From positions 256,001-320,000 of the forward strand of contig CBDDTI010000745.1 in NCBI GenBank assembly GCA_965233585.1: a DNA stretch of 64,000 bases, read 5' to 3'. The DNA is from a bacterium (lineage in GTDB: Bacteria > SAR324 > NAC60-12). The notes beneath the pieces are model-generated. The model was not told the origin of the DNA. It did not search any database and saw only the letters and a list, made by a program, of their open reading frames with translations. Made by a program: the position numbers and the translations under genes. Below, piece by piece: positions 49,478 through 60,314 of this stretch; the first letter of the stretch is position 1, and each line of letters begins with the position of its first letter.

Positions 49478-51103
49478 TTAATGCAAAGAAATTTGGTTGT
49501 GATTTGATGACTCTACAAGAGTTGGTTGAAACATGACGCCTTGTTGTGGCACTTCACAAACATCGCTCCACTTCTCTTGGTTTTGCTTTAAATGTTGCAG
49601 TAGCTCGCTACGTGTCTTCCAAAAGGCGTGTTTTCCAAACCAAGCAAAAAGGTTTGTAATGATTTCCCACTGCGGTTTAGTCTTTTCTGGGGGGTAAAGT
49701 GCCATCTCAAATTGTTGAAGTCTAGAATGTTTATTGAGAAACAACCCTTGTTTTTCAACAGCAATTTGACCGGGGAGAGCCACATCAGCCATATTGAGCC
49801 AATCGTTTGTAAAATCTCCAATCCAAATAATCAATGGCACTGTCGCAAATTTTTTCTGTAAATCAGAATGGTCTTTCAGAGGGTTGCCAACCACAATGAG
49901 CAGCTTAGGAGAAGATTCAAGAGCCTCTTGAATTTGTTGGTCTTTTTCATCTCCTTTTAAACCAAGAGCCTTTGCTCCTGCTTGATTGGGAGTTTTGTCA
50001 GTTGTGATGATGGAATCAATAAAACGTCCTGTGTCAGGTTGAGTCCAGTGTCTTTTTGGAAAAAAGATTTGGTCTGACTGAAAAACCTCCTTCATCAAGG
50101 TTTGCAGTGCATACATTTCCTCAATACTCGCATGAGTGTCTGTCAACGCCATGACTTCTGTTGGGAGGGCAGAAAAATCTTTCAAAACCTCAACAAGAGC
50201 CTCTTGAATTTCTTGCCAGCCTGTTTGTACTAGACTTCCGTTAGAACGACCTTGGGGCATCATCACACGGTCTTTATGGCTGTTGAACTTCTTATGAGCA
50301 AGCCTGCCATGATCGCACATCCACCACTTGTTGACGTCCTGATTCTCCCGTGGCTTGATTCTGTAAATTTTGTTTTGATTCACCTCCACAGAAATATTGC
50401 AACCCGTTGAACAACCCGTACAAATGGAGGCTGCTTTTTTTAAAAACCAGACGCGTTTTTTGAAGCGAAATTCTCGTTCGGTAATTGCTCCAACAGGACA
50501 GATGTCTGCCAAATTTCCTTGAAACAAATTGACCATCTCAGCATCGTGATAGGTGTCCACAGTCAGTTGATGATTACGATTGAACACACCAATTTCATGA
50601 GTTTGAGTGATTTCTGTGGTAAAACGTTCGCAACGTGTGCAGTGAATACAGCGATTTCTTTCTAGTGCGACAAACGTCCCGATGTTTCTCCAGCCGTACA
50701 CTCTTTTGGCATATTCCATTTCAGAACGACCTGAACCATATTTGTTGGAATAATCTTGCAAGGAACATTCTCCTGATTGGTCACAAATTGGACAATCAAG
50801 GGGGTGATTGAGCAACAGCATTTCCATTACCATCTCGCGGGCGTTTTTGACACTTTGAGTTTGGGTAGAAATTCTCATGCCGTCCATTGCATCAGTAGAA
50901 CAGGAGGTCAGCAGTTTTGGTGCAGGTCTGCCATTTCCCATATCCTTCACTTCTACCAAGCACATACGGCAAGTTGCCACGATAGAAAGAGCAGGGTGAT
51001 AACAATAATGAGGGATTTCAATTCCCGTTTTTTTAGCAATTTCAAGAATCTTTTCTCCCTTCTCAAATTCAAAGGGCTGGTCGTTAATGTAGATTTGTGG
51101 CAT
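49478..51103 (-). CDS. nuoG: NADH-quinone oxidoreductase subunit G (short form, about 541 aa)
   Basis: IPHYCYH, CRMCLVE, NHPLDCPICDQSGECSLQD, RCIHCTRC, CPVGA, CTGCSTGC. Confidence 0.9.
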   Translation of the reverse strand: MPQIYINDQPFEFEKGEKILEIAKKTGIEIPHYCYHPALSIVATCRMCLVEVKDMGNGRPAPKLLTSCSTDAMDGMRISTQTQSVKNAREMVMEMLLLNHPLDCPICDQSGECSLQDYSNKYGSGRSEMEYAKRVYGWRNIGTFVALERNRCIHCTRCERFTTEITQTHEIGVFNRNHQLTVDTYHDAEMVNLFQGNLADICPVGAITEREFRFKKRVWFLKKAASICTGCSTGCNISVEVNQNKIYRIKPRENQDVNKWWMCDHGRLAHKKFNSHKDRVMMPQGRSNGSLVQTGWQEIQEALVEVLKDFSALPTEVMALTDTHASIEEMYALQTLMKEVFQSDQIFFPKRHWTQPDTGRFIDSIITTDKTPNQAGAKALGLKGDEKDQQIQEALESSPKLLIVVGNPLKDHSDLQKKFATVPLIIWIGDFTNDWLNMADVALPGQIAVEKQGLFLNKHSRLQQFEMALYPPEKTKPQWEIITNLFAWFGKHAFWKTRSELLQHLKQNQEKWSDVCEVPQQGVMFQPTLVESSNHNQISLH

Positions 51104-51243
51104 ATCCTTAAAAATAGTTAAATCTTTTGAGTCCTTCAGAGGAACGAACGATGTCAACTAGACTAATTTTGTTCCCGTTCTAAACAATCTTTATTATAGC
51201 ATTGATGACTCATGTTTTTATCAATGGTTGTTGAACGTAGAAT

Positions 51244-52500
51244 CTATGCGGCTTTGCTAAACGTTTTTCTGAAATCACCAGCAAATTTTGTGGCAAATGC
51301 CATAATTGGTATGCCTGCCGCGTCGCCTAATGCACAAAGTGTTGTGCCAATCATGCTTCTGCCAACACGTTGGAGTCTCAAAAGCCTTTCTTCTGTCCCT
51401 CTGCCTTCCTTAAAATCACGCAAAATCATCTTCGCCCAGTTCCCTCCTTCTCGGCACGGGGTGCATTGCCCGCATGACTCATGGTTATAAAAAACGATCA
51501 ATCTGTGCAACAAACTGATAACATCCGTGTGTTCATCAAAGACAATGATTGCCCCTGACCCCATCATTGTTCCTGCTTTGGCAAGGGAGTCATAGTCGTA
51601 AGGAATCTCAATTTCATCAGGTAATAGAACAGGAGAAGATGACCCACCGGGAATGACCCCTTTCAGCGCAGCTCCATTTTTAATGCCACCTCCTAAATCG
51701 TAAATGATGTCCTTGAGAGGCACACCCATTTTCAATTCATAAATTCCCGGACGATTAACATGTCCGCTTAAACTGACAAGATGTGTGCCTGCACTGTTTG
51801 GTGAGCCAAGTTCTTGAAAGGCTTTTGCGCCATGTTGCACGATAAAAGGCAAATTGGTCACTGTTTCAACATTGTTGACGCTTGTTGGGCATCCATCAAA
51901 TCCAGAGACAGCAGGAAATGGGGGTTTGACACGGGGCTGACCTCGTTTGCCTTCCAGAGAATCCAACAATGCTGTTTCTTCTCCGCAAATATAAGCGCCT
52001 GCTCCTGGGTGAATGAACACATCAAGGTCAAAAGTAGAACCCAAAATGCCTTTGCCTAAAAATCCTGCTTGATAGCATTCGTCAATGGCTTGTTGCAGAC
52101 GCTTCATCGCATAAGCAAATTCTCCTCTGACATAGACGTATCCATGATGACAACCTAAAGCATAGCAACCAATGGCAAACCCTTCTAAAAACAGCAAGGG
52201 GTCTTTGGTTAGAATTTCACGGTCTTTGCAGGTGCCGGGTTCTCCTTCATCAGCATTGATGACAAGGTATGAAGGCTTGCCTGTGTTTTTTGCCATGAAG
52301 CCCCATTTCATGCCTGTTGAAAAACCTGCACCCCCACGACCTCTTAAACCTGATTCTTCCACTAAAGCGACAAGCACTTCGGGTCTCATCTGAAGTGCTT
52401 TTTGGAGAGCATGAAAACCGCCAGCTTTTTGATAAGATACCAAGTCTCCCTGATACCCTGCTTGGCGAATATTTTTAAAAAGAACAAGTGTTTCTTCCAT
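51244..52500 (-). CDS. nuoF: NADH-quinone oxidoreductase subunit F
   Basis: SGLRGRGGAGF, NADEGEPG, GAGAYICGEETAL, ESCGQCTPCREG. Confidence 0.97.
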   Translation of the reverse strand: MEETLVLFKNIRQAGYQGDLVSYQKAGGFHALQKALQMRPEVLVALVEESGLRGRGGAGFSTGMKWGFMAKNTGKPSYLVINADEGEPGTCKDREILTKDPLLFLEGFAIGCYALGCHHGYVYVRGEFAYAMKRLQQAIDECYQAGFLGKGILGSTFDLDVFIHPGAGAYICGEETALLDSLEGKRGQPRVKPPFPAVSGFDGCPTSVNNVETVTNLPFIVQHGAKAFQELGSPNSAGTHLVSLSGHVNRPGIYELKMGVPLKDIIYDLGGGIKNGAALKGVIPGGSSSPVLLPDEIEIPYDYDSLAKAGTMMGSGAIIVFDEHTDVISLLHRLIVFYNHESCGQCTPCREGGNWAKMILRDFKEGRGTEERLLRLQRVGRSMIGTTLCALGDAAGIPIMAFATKFAGDFRKTFSKAA

Positions 52501-52506
52501 GTGTTT

Positions 52507-53088
52507 TTAACGATAAGGGTTGGCAAGAGAAGTTTGAAGAGTCACCGGCATTTGCAAAGAAAAGTCATCTTTCTTTTGAGATGAGAGGTCTAAGTCTTCA
52601 ACAGTGACCTGTTCAAAATCCTGTGCTAATTCGTCCAGTAGTTGATCTAATCGTTCAGTAGTCATATTGCCGTAGTATTTTTCATTGACAGCAATGGCAG
52701 GGGCGTAAGCACAAGCTCCAAGGCACTCCACTTCTTCAATGCTAAATTGACTATCTTGGCTTGTTTCCCCTGAATGAATGCCTAATCGCTTCTCTGCATG
52801 GTGTAGTATGGTGTTGCCATCGCACAAGGAACAAGAAATATTGGTGCAAATTTGCAGGTGATATTGTCCGGGAGGTGAAAATTTGAACATCGTGTAAAAC
52901 GTTGCAACTCCTCTGACATGAGTGATGGTTGTTTCACAAAGGTCTGCCACATATTGCATGGATTCTTCTGTCAGGAAGCCCCCATGTTCCCGCTGTGCAA
53001 GGTGCAACATCGGCAAAAGTGCATGGACTTTCTTGGGATAAGAACTTAATAGCTTGGTTGCCTGTAGGTTTGCATTTTCAGAAAACAT
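52507..53088 (-). CDS. nuoE: NADH-quinone oxidoreductase subunit E
   Basis: VATFYTMF, CTNISC, VECLGAC..AP. Confidence 0.95.
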   Translation of the reverse strand: MFSENANLQATKLLSSYPKKVHALLPMLHLAQREHGGFLTEESMQYVADLCETTITHVRGVATFYTMFKFSPPGQYHLQICTNISCSLCDGNTILHHAEKRLGIHSGETSQDSQFSIEEVECLGACAYAPAIAVNEKYYGNMTTERLDQLLDELAQDFEQVTVEDLDLSSQKKDDFSLQMPVTLQTSLANPYR

Positions 53089-53185
53089 AGTCTTTTGATG
53101 TCGGGGTTAACAGCCATTTTAAATGAGTTTGCATGATCCAAAAGCTCAGCTGGTGCGGATAGAATTGAGTCATTGATACTATTGA

Positions 53186-53635
53186 TTAAGGTGCAGTCTT
53201 AGAAATCAGTTGATCAAAATACGCACGTTGTGCATCGCTTTCAACGTGTTGGCTCATGTGATGATGTAACTCATCAGAACTGAGACCTAAAGCCAAGCCT
53301 ATTTTTTGAATGTACTGAAATTCTTCATATTGAATTTGACGATCTACTGCACAGATTTGAATGATACACTTCAAAAGAAGCTCTGTTGTTCTCTGGTCTA
53401 AAACTGGAACTTTGTCAAGAGAAGGCTGATGATGTTTCAAAATTTTATCTTTAATCAAGGCAAGTTCAGGTTCAGACCCCATACTCTGAATGAGTGCATT
53501 CATATAAGCAACTTCACGACTTTTGATGATGCGGTCTACTGTGATGGCATAGCCAACAGCCATCGCTAACCAGCTTTTGGCAACAAGAGAATGATGTTTA
53601 CAATGGTCAAATAACTGAGCAATCAATTGAGTCAT
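53186..53635 (-). CDS. TerB-like (tellurite resistance fold) protein
   Basis: Two copies of A...D..I...E...I motif (AITVDRIIKSRE; CAVDRQIQYEE..I.KIG.ALGL). Confidence 0.65.
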   Translation of the reverse strand: MTQLIAQLFDHCKHHSLVAKSWLAMAVGYAITVDRIIKSREVAYMNALIQSMGSEPELALIKDKILKHHQPSLDKVPVLDQRTTELLLKCIIQICAVDRQIQYEEFQYIQKIGLALGLSSDELHHHMSQHVESDAQRAYFDQLISKTAP

Positions 53636-54603
53636 AACTTTTTTGAGTAGGCTTGGAGCATCGTTTGAACAATCGTATTTTTATCAGAAAGTTGAGGAGA
53701 CCAGTTTAAGACTTGGTTGGCTTTTTCAAAACCTGTGCATGAATGTGGAGGGTCTCCTTTCCTTCTTGCTTTGACTTGACACTCTATCGGTTTGCCTGAA
53801 AGTTTTCTAAAAGTCTCAATCATTTCAAAAACACTGACACCAATAGACGTTCCTAAATTGACAACCTGACTTTCATCGTGTCTTCTCAAATAGTCTAATG
53901 CTTTCGTATGAGCATCTGCAAGGTCAGAGACGTGAATATAATCACGAACACATGAGCCATCAGATGTTTCATAGTCATCACCGTAAACTTCCACACACCC
54001 GCGAATACCAACGACAACCTCTGCAATGACAGGCAATAAATTGTTAGGATTTAACTCAAGCCCCCCAATCTCTCCAGCAGGGTCATAACCTGCCGCATTG
54101 AAATAACGGAGTGCGACAAATTTAAAATCCTTGAGTTTAGCATACCATGACAAAAGTTGTTCAATTTGTAGCTTGGTCAGTCCATAAAAATTAGTTGGCT
54201 CAAGAGGGTGGTCTTCGTTCATTGGCAAATATTGAGGCTCACCATACACAGCAGCGCTTGATGAAAAAATCATCTGACTGACCCCCGCATTAACCATTTC
54301 ATTCATCAGATGAATTGTGCCTACTAAGTTAGCATTGGCATAGTGTTGTGGATATTCCATAGATTCTCCTGCCGCTTTCAACGCTGCTAAATGCACAACG
54401 GCTTCCACCTGATGGGCAGAAAACACCTCTCTGATGCTTTCAGGACGCATGATGTCTCCATGAACAAAAGTAGCGTCCTCTTGCAAATTTTCTCTTAAAC
54501 CTGATGAAAGATTGTCAAAAACAACAATCTCATTTCCTGCAGACAGTAAATCTTTGACAACATGGCTTCCAATGTAGCCTGCTCCACCAACAACTAAAAT
54601 CAT
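53632..54603 (-). CDS. galE: UDP-glucose 4-epimerase
   Basis: GGAGYIGSH, FSSSAAVYG, YGLTK, LRYFNAAG, RDYIHV.DLA.AH. Confidence 0.95.
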   Translation of the reverse strand: MILVVGGAGYIGSHVVKDLLSAGNEIVVFDNLSSGLRENLQEDATFVHGDIMRPESIREVFSAHQVEAVVHLAALKAAGESMEYPQHYANANLVGTIHLMNEMVNAGVSQMIFSSSAAVYGEPQYLPMNEDHPLEPTNFYGLTKLQIEQLLSWYAKLKDFKFVALRYFNAAGYDPAGEIGGLELNPNNLLPVIAEVVVGIRGCVEVYGDDYETSDGSCVRDYIHVSDLADAHTKALDYLRRHDESQVVNLGTSIGVSVFEMIETFRKLSGKPIECQVKARRKGDPPHSCTGFEKANQVLNWSPQLSDKNTIVQTMLQAYSKKL

Positions 54604-54749
54604 AACTTGTCTTTTAAAATACCTGAATCCGTTTTAAAAAAGTCAAACATAGGGTTCTTGGCTTCTTCTCAAAGGGTCAAACCAAAGGTTTTCTAAAAAA
54701 GCCAGTCCATTCACAAAACCCTCAATTTCAAAGACTGACAAGACTATTC

Positions 54750-56249
54750 TTAAAGCAGTGCTAACAAAAGCCCCGCAGCAACAGCTGACCCAAGAACCCC
54801 TGCAACGTTAGGTCCCATGGCGTGCATCAGTAAAAAGTTTTGTGGATTTGCTTCTGCCCCAACTTTATGAACAACACGTGCTGCCATTGGAACTGCCGAA
54901 ACACCTGCCGCTCCTATGAGGGGGTTAATTGGTGTTTTGGAAAAGTAATTCATCAACTTTGCCATCAAAATTCCTCCTGCTGTTCCCAATGAAAAAGCAA
55001 CTGCTCCAAGTATTAAAATACCTGCTGTCTCCAAATTAAGAAACTGGTCAGCAGACAATTTACTACCCACTCCTAAACCAAGAAAAATCGTCACAATGTT
55101 GATGAGTTCATTCTGTGCCGTTTGCGAAAGCCTTTGAACGACCCCACTTTCACGTAAAAGATTACCAAACATCAACATACCCACCAAGGGAATTGCAGAA
55201 GGAAGAAGCAACGCACACAATGCCACACAAACTAAAGGAAAGATAATTTTTTCAGTTTTAGACACGTCCCTTTGTTGCACCATAGGAATTTGACGTTCTT
55301 TGTGTGTGGTCAATGCCTTCATAATAGGGGGTTGAATAATCGGCACAAGAGCCATATAAGAATACGCAGCAACAGCAATAGAACCTAGCAAACGTGGTGA
55401 AAGCTCATTCGCTAAGAAGATGGCAGTTGGACCATCTGCCCCGCCAATAATCCCGATAGAAGCCGCATCTTGAATGGAAAAATTGATCCAAGGCACCCAT
55501 TGAGTTAGTAACAACGCACCAATGAGTGTGGCAAAGATTCCTATTTGTGCCGCACTTCCTAGCAATGCTGTTTTAGGGTTGGCAATCAAAGGTCCAAAAT
55601 CTGTCAATGCTCCAACTCCCATAAAAATCAGCAAAGGAAAAACTCCAGAATGAATGCCAATATTGAAAGCATAGTAAAGCACCCCTCCAGGGTCTGTTAC
55701 CCCCGTTAAAGGAATGTTGGAAAGGACACAACCAAAGCCGATAGGCAGTAAAAGCAATGGTTCAAAACCTTTCTTGATTGCCAGATAAATCAGTCCTCCT
55801 CCAACAAAAATCATCAAAAGCCGACCTAGCCCCTCTGTCCAAGAATAACCTTGTCCTTCAACCAGCGCAGCAATCCCAGAGCTTTGATAAAGTTTGAGAA
55901 TCAAAGTAGCCAGCGATGCGGTTTCACTCTGTCCGACTTCATCACTCTGACGTTGGTCTGTCATCAGAGCTTTAGCTTCAAAAGTCAATAAAGTGGAACT
56001 TTGTCTCACTTGTTGGTGAGGCGTCACATGAATCTTGGAAACAAACCCTGATTTGCTTGCAAAAACTTTGACCTTGCCTTGACCTTGTGTCTTAACCTCA
56101 AACAACAAATCTGCAGGATAAATCGCTTGTTGTTCTTTAATGTAAATTTTGGAGAGTGTGCCAGAAACGGGAGACATCAACTCTTCAGCCGCATGCAAGA
56201 TGTTGAAGAAGAACGCATGCACAGCAAACAATAGGAGGATTTTCTTCAT
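54750..56249 (-). CDS. oadB: Na+-translocating decarboxylase beta subunit with extra N-terminal biotinyl/lipoyl-like domain
   Basis: [47 protein letters not shown]. Confidence 0.93.
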   Translation of the reverse strand: MKKILLLFAVHAFFFNILHAAEELMSPVSGTLSKIYIKEQQAIYPADLLFEVKTQGQGKVKVFASKSGFVSKIHVTPHQQVRQSSTLLTFEAKALMTDQRQSDEVGQSETASLATLILKLYQSSGIAALVEGQGYSWTEGLGRLLMIFVGGGLIYLAIKKGFEPLLLLPIGFGCVLSNIPLTGVTDPGGVLYYAFNIGIHSGVFPLLIFMGVGALTDFGPLIANPKTALLGSAAQIGIFATLIGALLLTQWVPWINFSIQDAASIGIIGGADGPTAIFLANELSPRLLGSIAVAAYSYMALVPIIQPPIMKALTTHKERQIPMVQQRDVSKTEKIIFPLVCVALCALLLPSAIPLVGMLMFGNLLRESGVVQRLSQTAQNELINIVTIFLGLGVGSKLSADQFLNLETAGILILGAVAFSLGTAGGILMAKLMNYFSKTPINPLIGAAGVSAVPMAARVVHKVGAEANPQNFLLMHAMGPNVAGVLGSAVAAGLLLALL

Positions 56250-58060
56250 GGCTTCAAAAGCACTAAAGGCTCTCCTGCTGCAACAGATTTGCCTGTCTCA
56301 GCAAGAATTTTTTCCACAGTACCACTTTGAGGTGAGCGAATTTCATTTTGCATCTTCATCGCTTCCATGATGAGAATTACATCGTTGGCTTGAACTGCCT
56401 CACCCGTTTGTACGCAAATTTTTTCAACATGACCGGGCATGGGTGCTTCTATCGTGATAGAGTCTTTTGACTGCGTTGGGTTCGTTGAGGGGAGAGGGTC
56501 TGCTACTTGCTGGGGTGGTGCAATGTGTTGAGGCTGTGAACTCACTTTCCCTGCTTCTACAACAACATCATAGGCTTTACCATCAACCCGAACGGTGTAG
56601 CTTCGTTTGTCTGGAAGTGTTGGAAGTTTGACTTCCTGCTTTTCCTGCTCTTGCACTGGTTGAGAGTCTTGTTTTTTAGGCACAGCCACTTGACCTTTGC
56701 CCATCAAGAAGTCCAAACCTTTTTGACCACAGGCGGCAACGATGAAGATATTTTCTTCAGTGGTTTGCAAATGATTTTCATTTAACAATTTGCTTGCTTT
56801 AGGAATCCCATCTTCCAAACCTTCTACTGGATCGCCTTCAAATGGAGGTTTCCCAAGTTGTTCTGATGCCAATTTCACAAGGTCAGGGTCTGGAGCGACA
56901 GGGGTTTTGCCAAAATAGCCAAGCACCATCTCACCATAACCTTTGGCAATTTTTTTCCAGCTTCCTTGCATGACATTCAGATAGGCTTGTTGAAAATAAA
57001 ACTGCGAGACAGGCGTCACCGATGCCCCAAGACCCCCTTTTTTCACAACTTCTGACATGGCTTTGATGACTTCAGGAAAGCGATCAATCGTCTTGTTTTC
57101 ACGCATCATCAAAGTATTGGCAGTCAAAGCACCGCCTGGCATAGGAGAAAACTGGATTAGGTGAGATGAAGCTCTGGCTTCTGTCGGAATGATGTAATCT
57201 TTCAAAGCATGTTCAAGGTCTTGTGATGCCTTTAATATCTTGTCCATGTCAACATCAAGGGCATATTCTGAATCACGGAGTGCATGACTCATCACCAAAA
57301 TATCTACTTGACAAGTTCCACCACTACAAGGGCTTTTGCTCAAATCTATGAAGTCCACACCCGCTTCAATCGCCGCTAAGTTCTGGGCAACGGCAATGCC
57401 TGCTGAATCGTGAGTATGCAAATGCAAAACAGTCTGTTCAGGCAATAATTTTCTAGCCTGCTTGATGGTGTCATAGATGATTCTGGGTGGTGTTGTTCCT
57501 GCCGCATCTTTAAACGCAATCACATCAAAGGGGATTCCCAAATCTAAAATCTCTCTGATAACTTTGAGGTAATAGTCTGTGTGATGAGCATCTCCTTGAC
57601 AGCCCGGCGGTATTCCCATAATTGAAACTGTCACTTGATGCTTCAAGCCATGCTTCGTAATACACTCCCCTGAATATTTCAGGTTTCGCATGTCATTGAG
57701 AGCATCAAAATTTCTAATGGTGGTGATGCCATGCTTTTTGAAAAGTTTGGCATGGAGGTCAATGATGTCTTTGGGTTGTTGTTCCAATGCGACAACACTG
57801 ATTCCTCTTGCTAAGGTTTGCAATTCTGCATCTGCTCCAGTAGTTTGACGGAATTTGTCCATCATATCAAAAGCGGATTCATTGCAATAAAACAATGGTG
57901 CTTGGAAGCGTGCGCCTCCTCCTGCTTCAAAATAACTTAAACCTTCTTCAACACTACTTTGTAGAGCAGGCAAAAAGTCCTCAGAGAGAACTCTCGCACC
58001 AAAACAAGACTGGAAACCATCGCGAAATGTGGTATCCATGAAAGGAATACGTTTTTTCAT
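56246..58060 (-). CDS. oadA: Oxaloacetate decarboxylase alpha / pyruvate carboxylase subunit B
   Basis: [30 protein letters not shown]-terminal EAMKM biotin site. Confidence 0.92.
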   Translation of the reverse strand: MKKRIPFMDTTFRDGFQSCFGARVLSEDFLPALQSSVEEGLSYFEAGGGARFQAPLFYCNESAFDMMDKFRQTTGADAELQTLARGISVVALEQQPKDIIDLHAKLFKKHGITTIRNFDALNDMRNLKYSGECITKHGLKHQVTVSIMGIPPGCQGDAHHTDYYLKVIREILDLGIPFDVIAFKDAAGTTPPRIIYDTIKQARKLLPEQTVLHLHTHDSAGIAVAQNLAAIEAGVDFIDLSKSPCSGGTCQVDILVMSHALRDSEYALDVDMDKILKASQDLEHALKDYIIPTEARASSHLIQFSPMPGGALTANTLMMRENKTIDRFPEVIKAMSEVVKKGGLGASVTPVSQFYFQQAYLNVMQGSWKKIAKGYGEMVLGYFGKTPVAPDPDLVKLASEQLGKPPFEGDPVEGLEDGIPKASKLLNENHLQTTEENIFIVAACGQKGLDFLMGKGQVAVPKKQDSQPVQEQEKQEVKLPTLPDKRSYTVRVDGKAYDVVVEAGKVSSQPQHIAPPQQVADPLPSTNPTQSKDSITIEAPMPGHVEKICVQTGEAVQANDVILIMEAMKMQNEIRSPQSGTVEKILAETGKSVAAGEPLVLLKP

Positions 58061-58281
58061 TTGGGGATTTTATTTGTAGGTAAAGCATGGTCATCTTCAT
58101 AGGCGGCAATGGCAGCAGAAATGACTTGAGCAGGGACAACGCTATCAGAGGTTTGTCTGTCTGATGGTGGAACTTTGAGCAGATTGGTAAATTGAGAAAT
58201 GACCACTGTTAAAAGCGACAAAAATAAAAACACAGTCGTCATGCCCAGTAGCATGATTTTAACACCTTCTAAAATCATCAA
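58057..58281 (-). CDS. oadG: Decarboxylase gamma subunit
   Basis: LGMTTVFLFL TM, VISAAIAAY. Confidence 0.88.
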   Translation of the reverse strand: MMILEGVKIMLLGMTTVFLFLSLLTVVISQFTNLLKVPPSDRQTSDSVVPAQVISAAIAAYEDDHALPTNKIPK

Positions 58282-58409
58282 ACTTTAGATATGGAAAGGA
58301 GTTTATCCAAGCAGAAAATCCTATCTTGACCCTTCCAAAGATGCAAGAATTTTGTTAGCCTATTTTAAGTTTTAAATTTTAAAGTCATTACATACCTAAG
58401 GAAACACCT

Positions 58410-60314
58410 ATGAACAACATCATTAGAAGACTCTCTCTTCTCATCTTTCCCACGTTTCTTACTTTTTTGGTCTTTCGTAGTTTGTTCCTTTGGAAGTATT
58501 GGGAGCATTTTGAGAAGTTTTCCTTTGGTGAACTCACACAAGCCTTTTTACATGGGATTCGCTTTGACTTTGGAGCAATTGCAATGACATTGGGAGTTTT
58601 GGGTCTTGTGCTTTTTTGGCTCAAAGGGAGGCTTTTGGTCTTTTTTTATTTTTTGTGTAGCTTAATTTGGAGTGGGGTTTTGCTGATGAGTGTGGCTGAC
58701 CTCATTTGCTATGGTGTCTCCCATCAAAGAATTAGTTTTGAGATTTTCACATCAAAGGACAACTTGGGGGCAGCGTTCTTGGGGGTCTGGGATAGTTATA
58801 GGTTAGCAAGCATCATCACGATTCTTTGTATGTTGGGGGGAATTTATGCTTACACTGCCTGCGGAAAAGTCATGGCTCGTTTAGACACTCCAATCCATTG
58901 GTTCAAAAGGCTTTCTGCAAACGTGACTTTTTTGCTGGTCTTTGTGGTTTTAGGCAGAGGGGGTTTTCAAACCAAACCATTGACCGCACAACATGCTTTG
59001 GTCAATGGTTATAGCCTCAGCCATCTCACTCTAAACCCTGTGTTTATCTCTTTGCGTTTCACGTTGTTTTCTCACGTCAAACCTTTTGACTATGTTGCAC
59101 CTGACGTTGCCCAAAACACTGTTCGCTCATTGCTCAAAACTCAAGAAGCACAACACTACCCAAAAAATGACCTCCCTTTTTATCGCCAACGGAAAGCCTC
59201 TCAAAATCCAACGTTTTCTGTTAGCCCCAATACAAACATTGTTTTGATTGTCTGGGAGAGTCTTGGTGCATTTTTAACCCGATTGAATCCAGAGGCTGAC
59301 ACAAACATTGTCCCAAATTTCAATCGTTTAAGCCGTCAAGGTCTTTTGTTTGACAGATTTTTTGCAAATGGTGTGCGTTCTGTGGAAGGAATGAGCGCAC
59401 TGCTTTCCTCCTTACCTGCTTACGACAAATTTGCTTTTGTGATGAGTCCCTTCCAGCAAAACCCTGTCATCACTTTGCCTCGTATTCTCAAAAAAAATGG
59501 CTACAGTACCACTTTTGTTCATGGGACTTTTCCTGACAGCGTTGGCATGCACAACTACGCTAAAAGCACGGGCTTTGACACAGTCATCACCCGTGATGAT
59601 TTTGAAAACTACCAAGACAAACTTGATGGCACTTGGGGCGTTTGGGACCAGTATCTTTTTGACCGAACTCTCCAAGAAGCCAACGCTCAACAACAACCTT
59701 TTTTTATCACAGCATTCACTTTAAGCTCCCATGAACCATACGTCCTGCCTGATGACAAATTCAAAAAATTTGACACACCATGGTTCAATGGTCATCATTA
59801 CACAGACTGGGCATTGGGAGAATTTTTTAAGAAGGCATCAAAGCAATCGTGGTATCAAAACACACTCTTCATTGTGGTAGCAGACCACACCAAACATGCT
59901 GAATCGCACCAAGAGTCTGCATGGATTCCATTGTGGATGTACAAACCTGATGGCTCGCTTCCCAACCAGACTCATCATCAAGTTGGCGGGCAGGTGGACT
60001 TCTTGCCAACATTGCTAGACTTACTCAACTTAGAGGCATTTTCTAGCTCCACAGGCAAAAGCCTCTTTGCCTCATCTGAAGGCTTTGCGATGTATGATGC
60101 TAGCGATAACGTTTGGTTTCGCTCTGAAAAAGCCTATGCCTTCTCAGAAAATAAGTTACTAGGGATTTACCGTTGGAAGACAGACCCTGATTTTAACAAT
60201 CCTTTGCCTCAAGATGCCTCAACTGCCAAAGAAATCCAATCTTATCTTTCTTGGCGACAGCTGGGACACAACGCCCTCATCACTAACAAAATGGCTCATT
60301 TACTTCAAGATTGA
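58410..60314 (+). CDS. LTA synthase family / sulfatase-like membrane protein
   Basis: G.RFD, 5 TM, RGG.Q, NIVLIVWES, TLSSHEP, ADH. Confidence 0.88.
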   Translation: MNNIIRRLSLLIFPTFLTFLVFRSLFLWKYWEHFEKFSFGELTQAFLHGIRFDFGAIAMTLGVLGLVLFWLKGRLLVFFYFLCSLIWSGVLLMSVADLICYGVSHQRISFEIFTSKDNLGAAFLGVWDSYRLASIITILCMLGGIYAYTACGKVMARLDTPIHWFKRLSANVTFLLVFVVLGRGGFQTKPLTAQHALVNGYSLSHLTLNPVFISLRFTLFSHVKPFDYVAPDVAQNTVRSLLKTQEAQHYPKNDLPFYRQRKASQNPTFSVSPNTNIVLIVWESLGAFLTRLNPEADTNIVPNFNRLSRQGLLFDRFFANGVRSVEGMSALLSSLPAYDKFAFVMSPFQQNPVITLPRILKKNGYSTTFVHGTFPDSVGMHNYAKSTGFDTVITRDDFENYQDKLDGTWGVWDQYLFDRTLQEANAQQQPFFITAFTLSSHEPYVLPDDKFKKFDTPWFNGHHYTDWALGEFFKKASKQSWYQNTLFIVVADHTKHAESHQESAWIPLWMYKPDGSLPNQTHHQVGGQVDFLPTLLDLLNLEAFSSSTGKSLFASSEGFAMYDASDNVWFRSEKAYAFSENKLLGIYRWKTDPDFNNPLPQDASTAKEIQSYLSWRQLGHNALITNKMAHLLQD

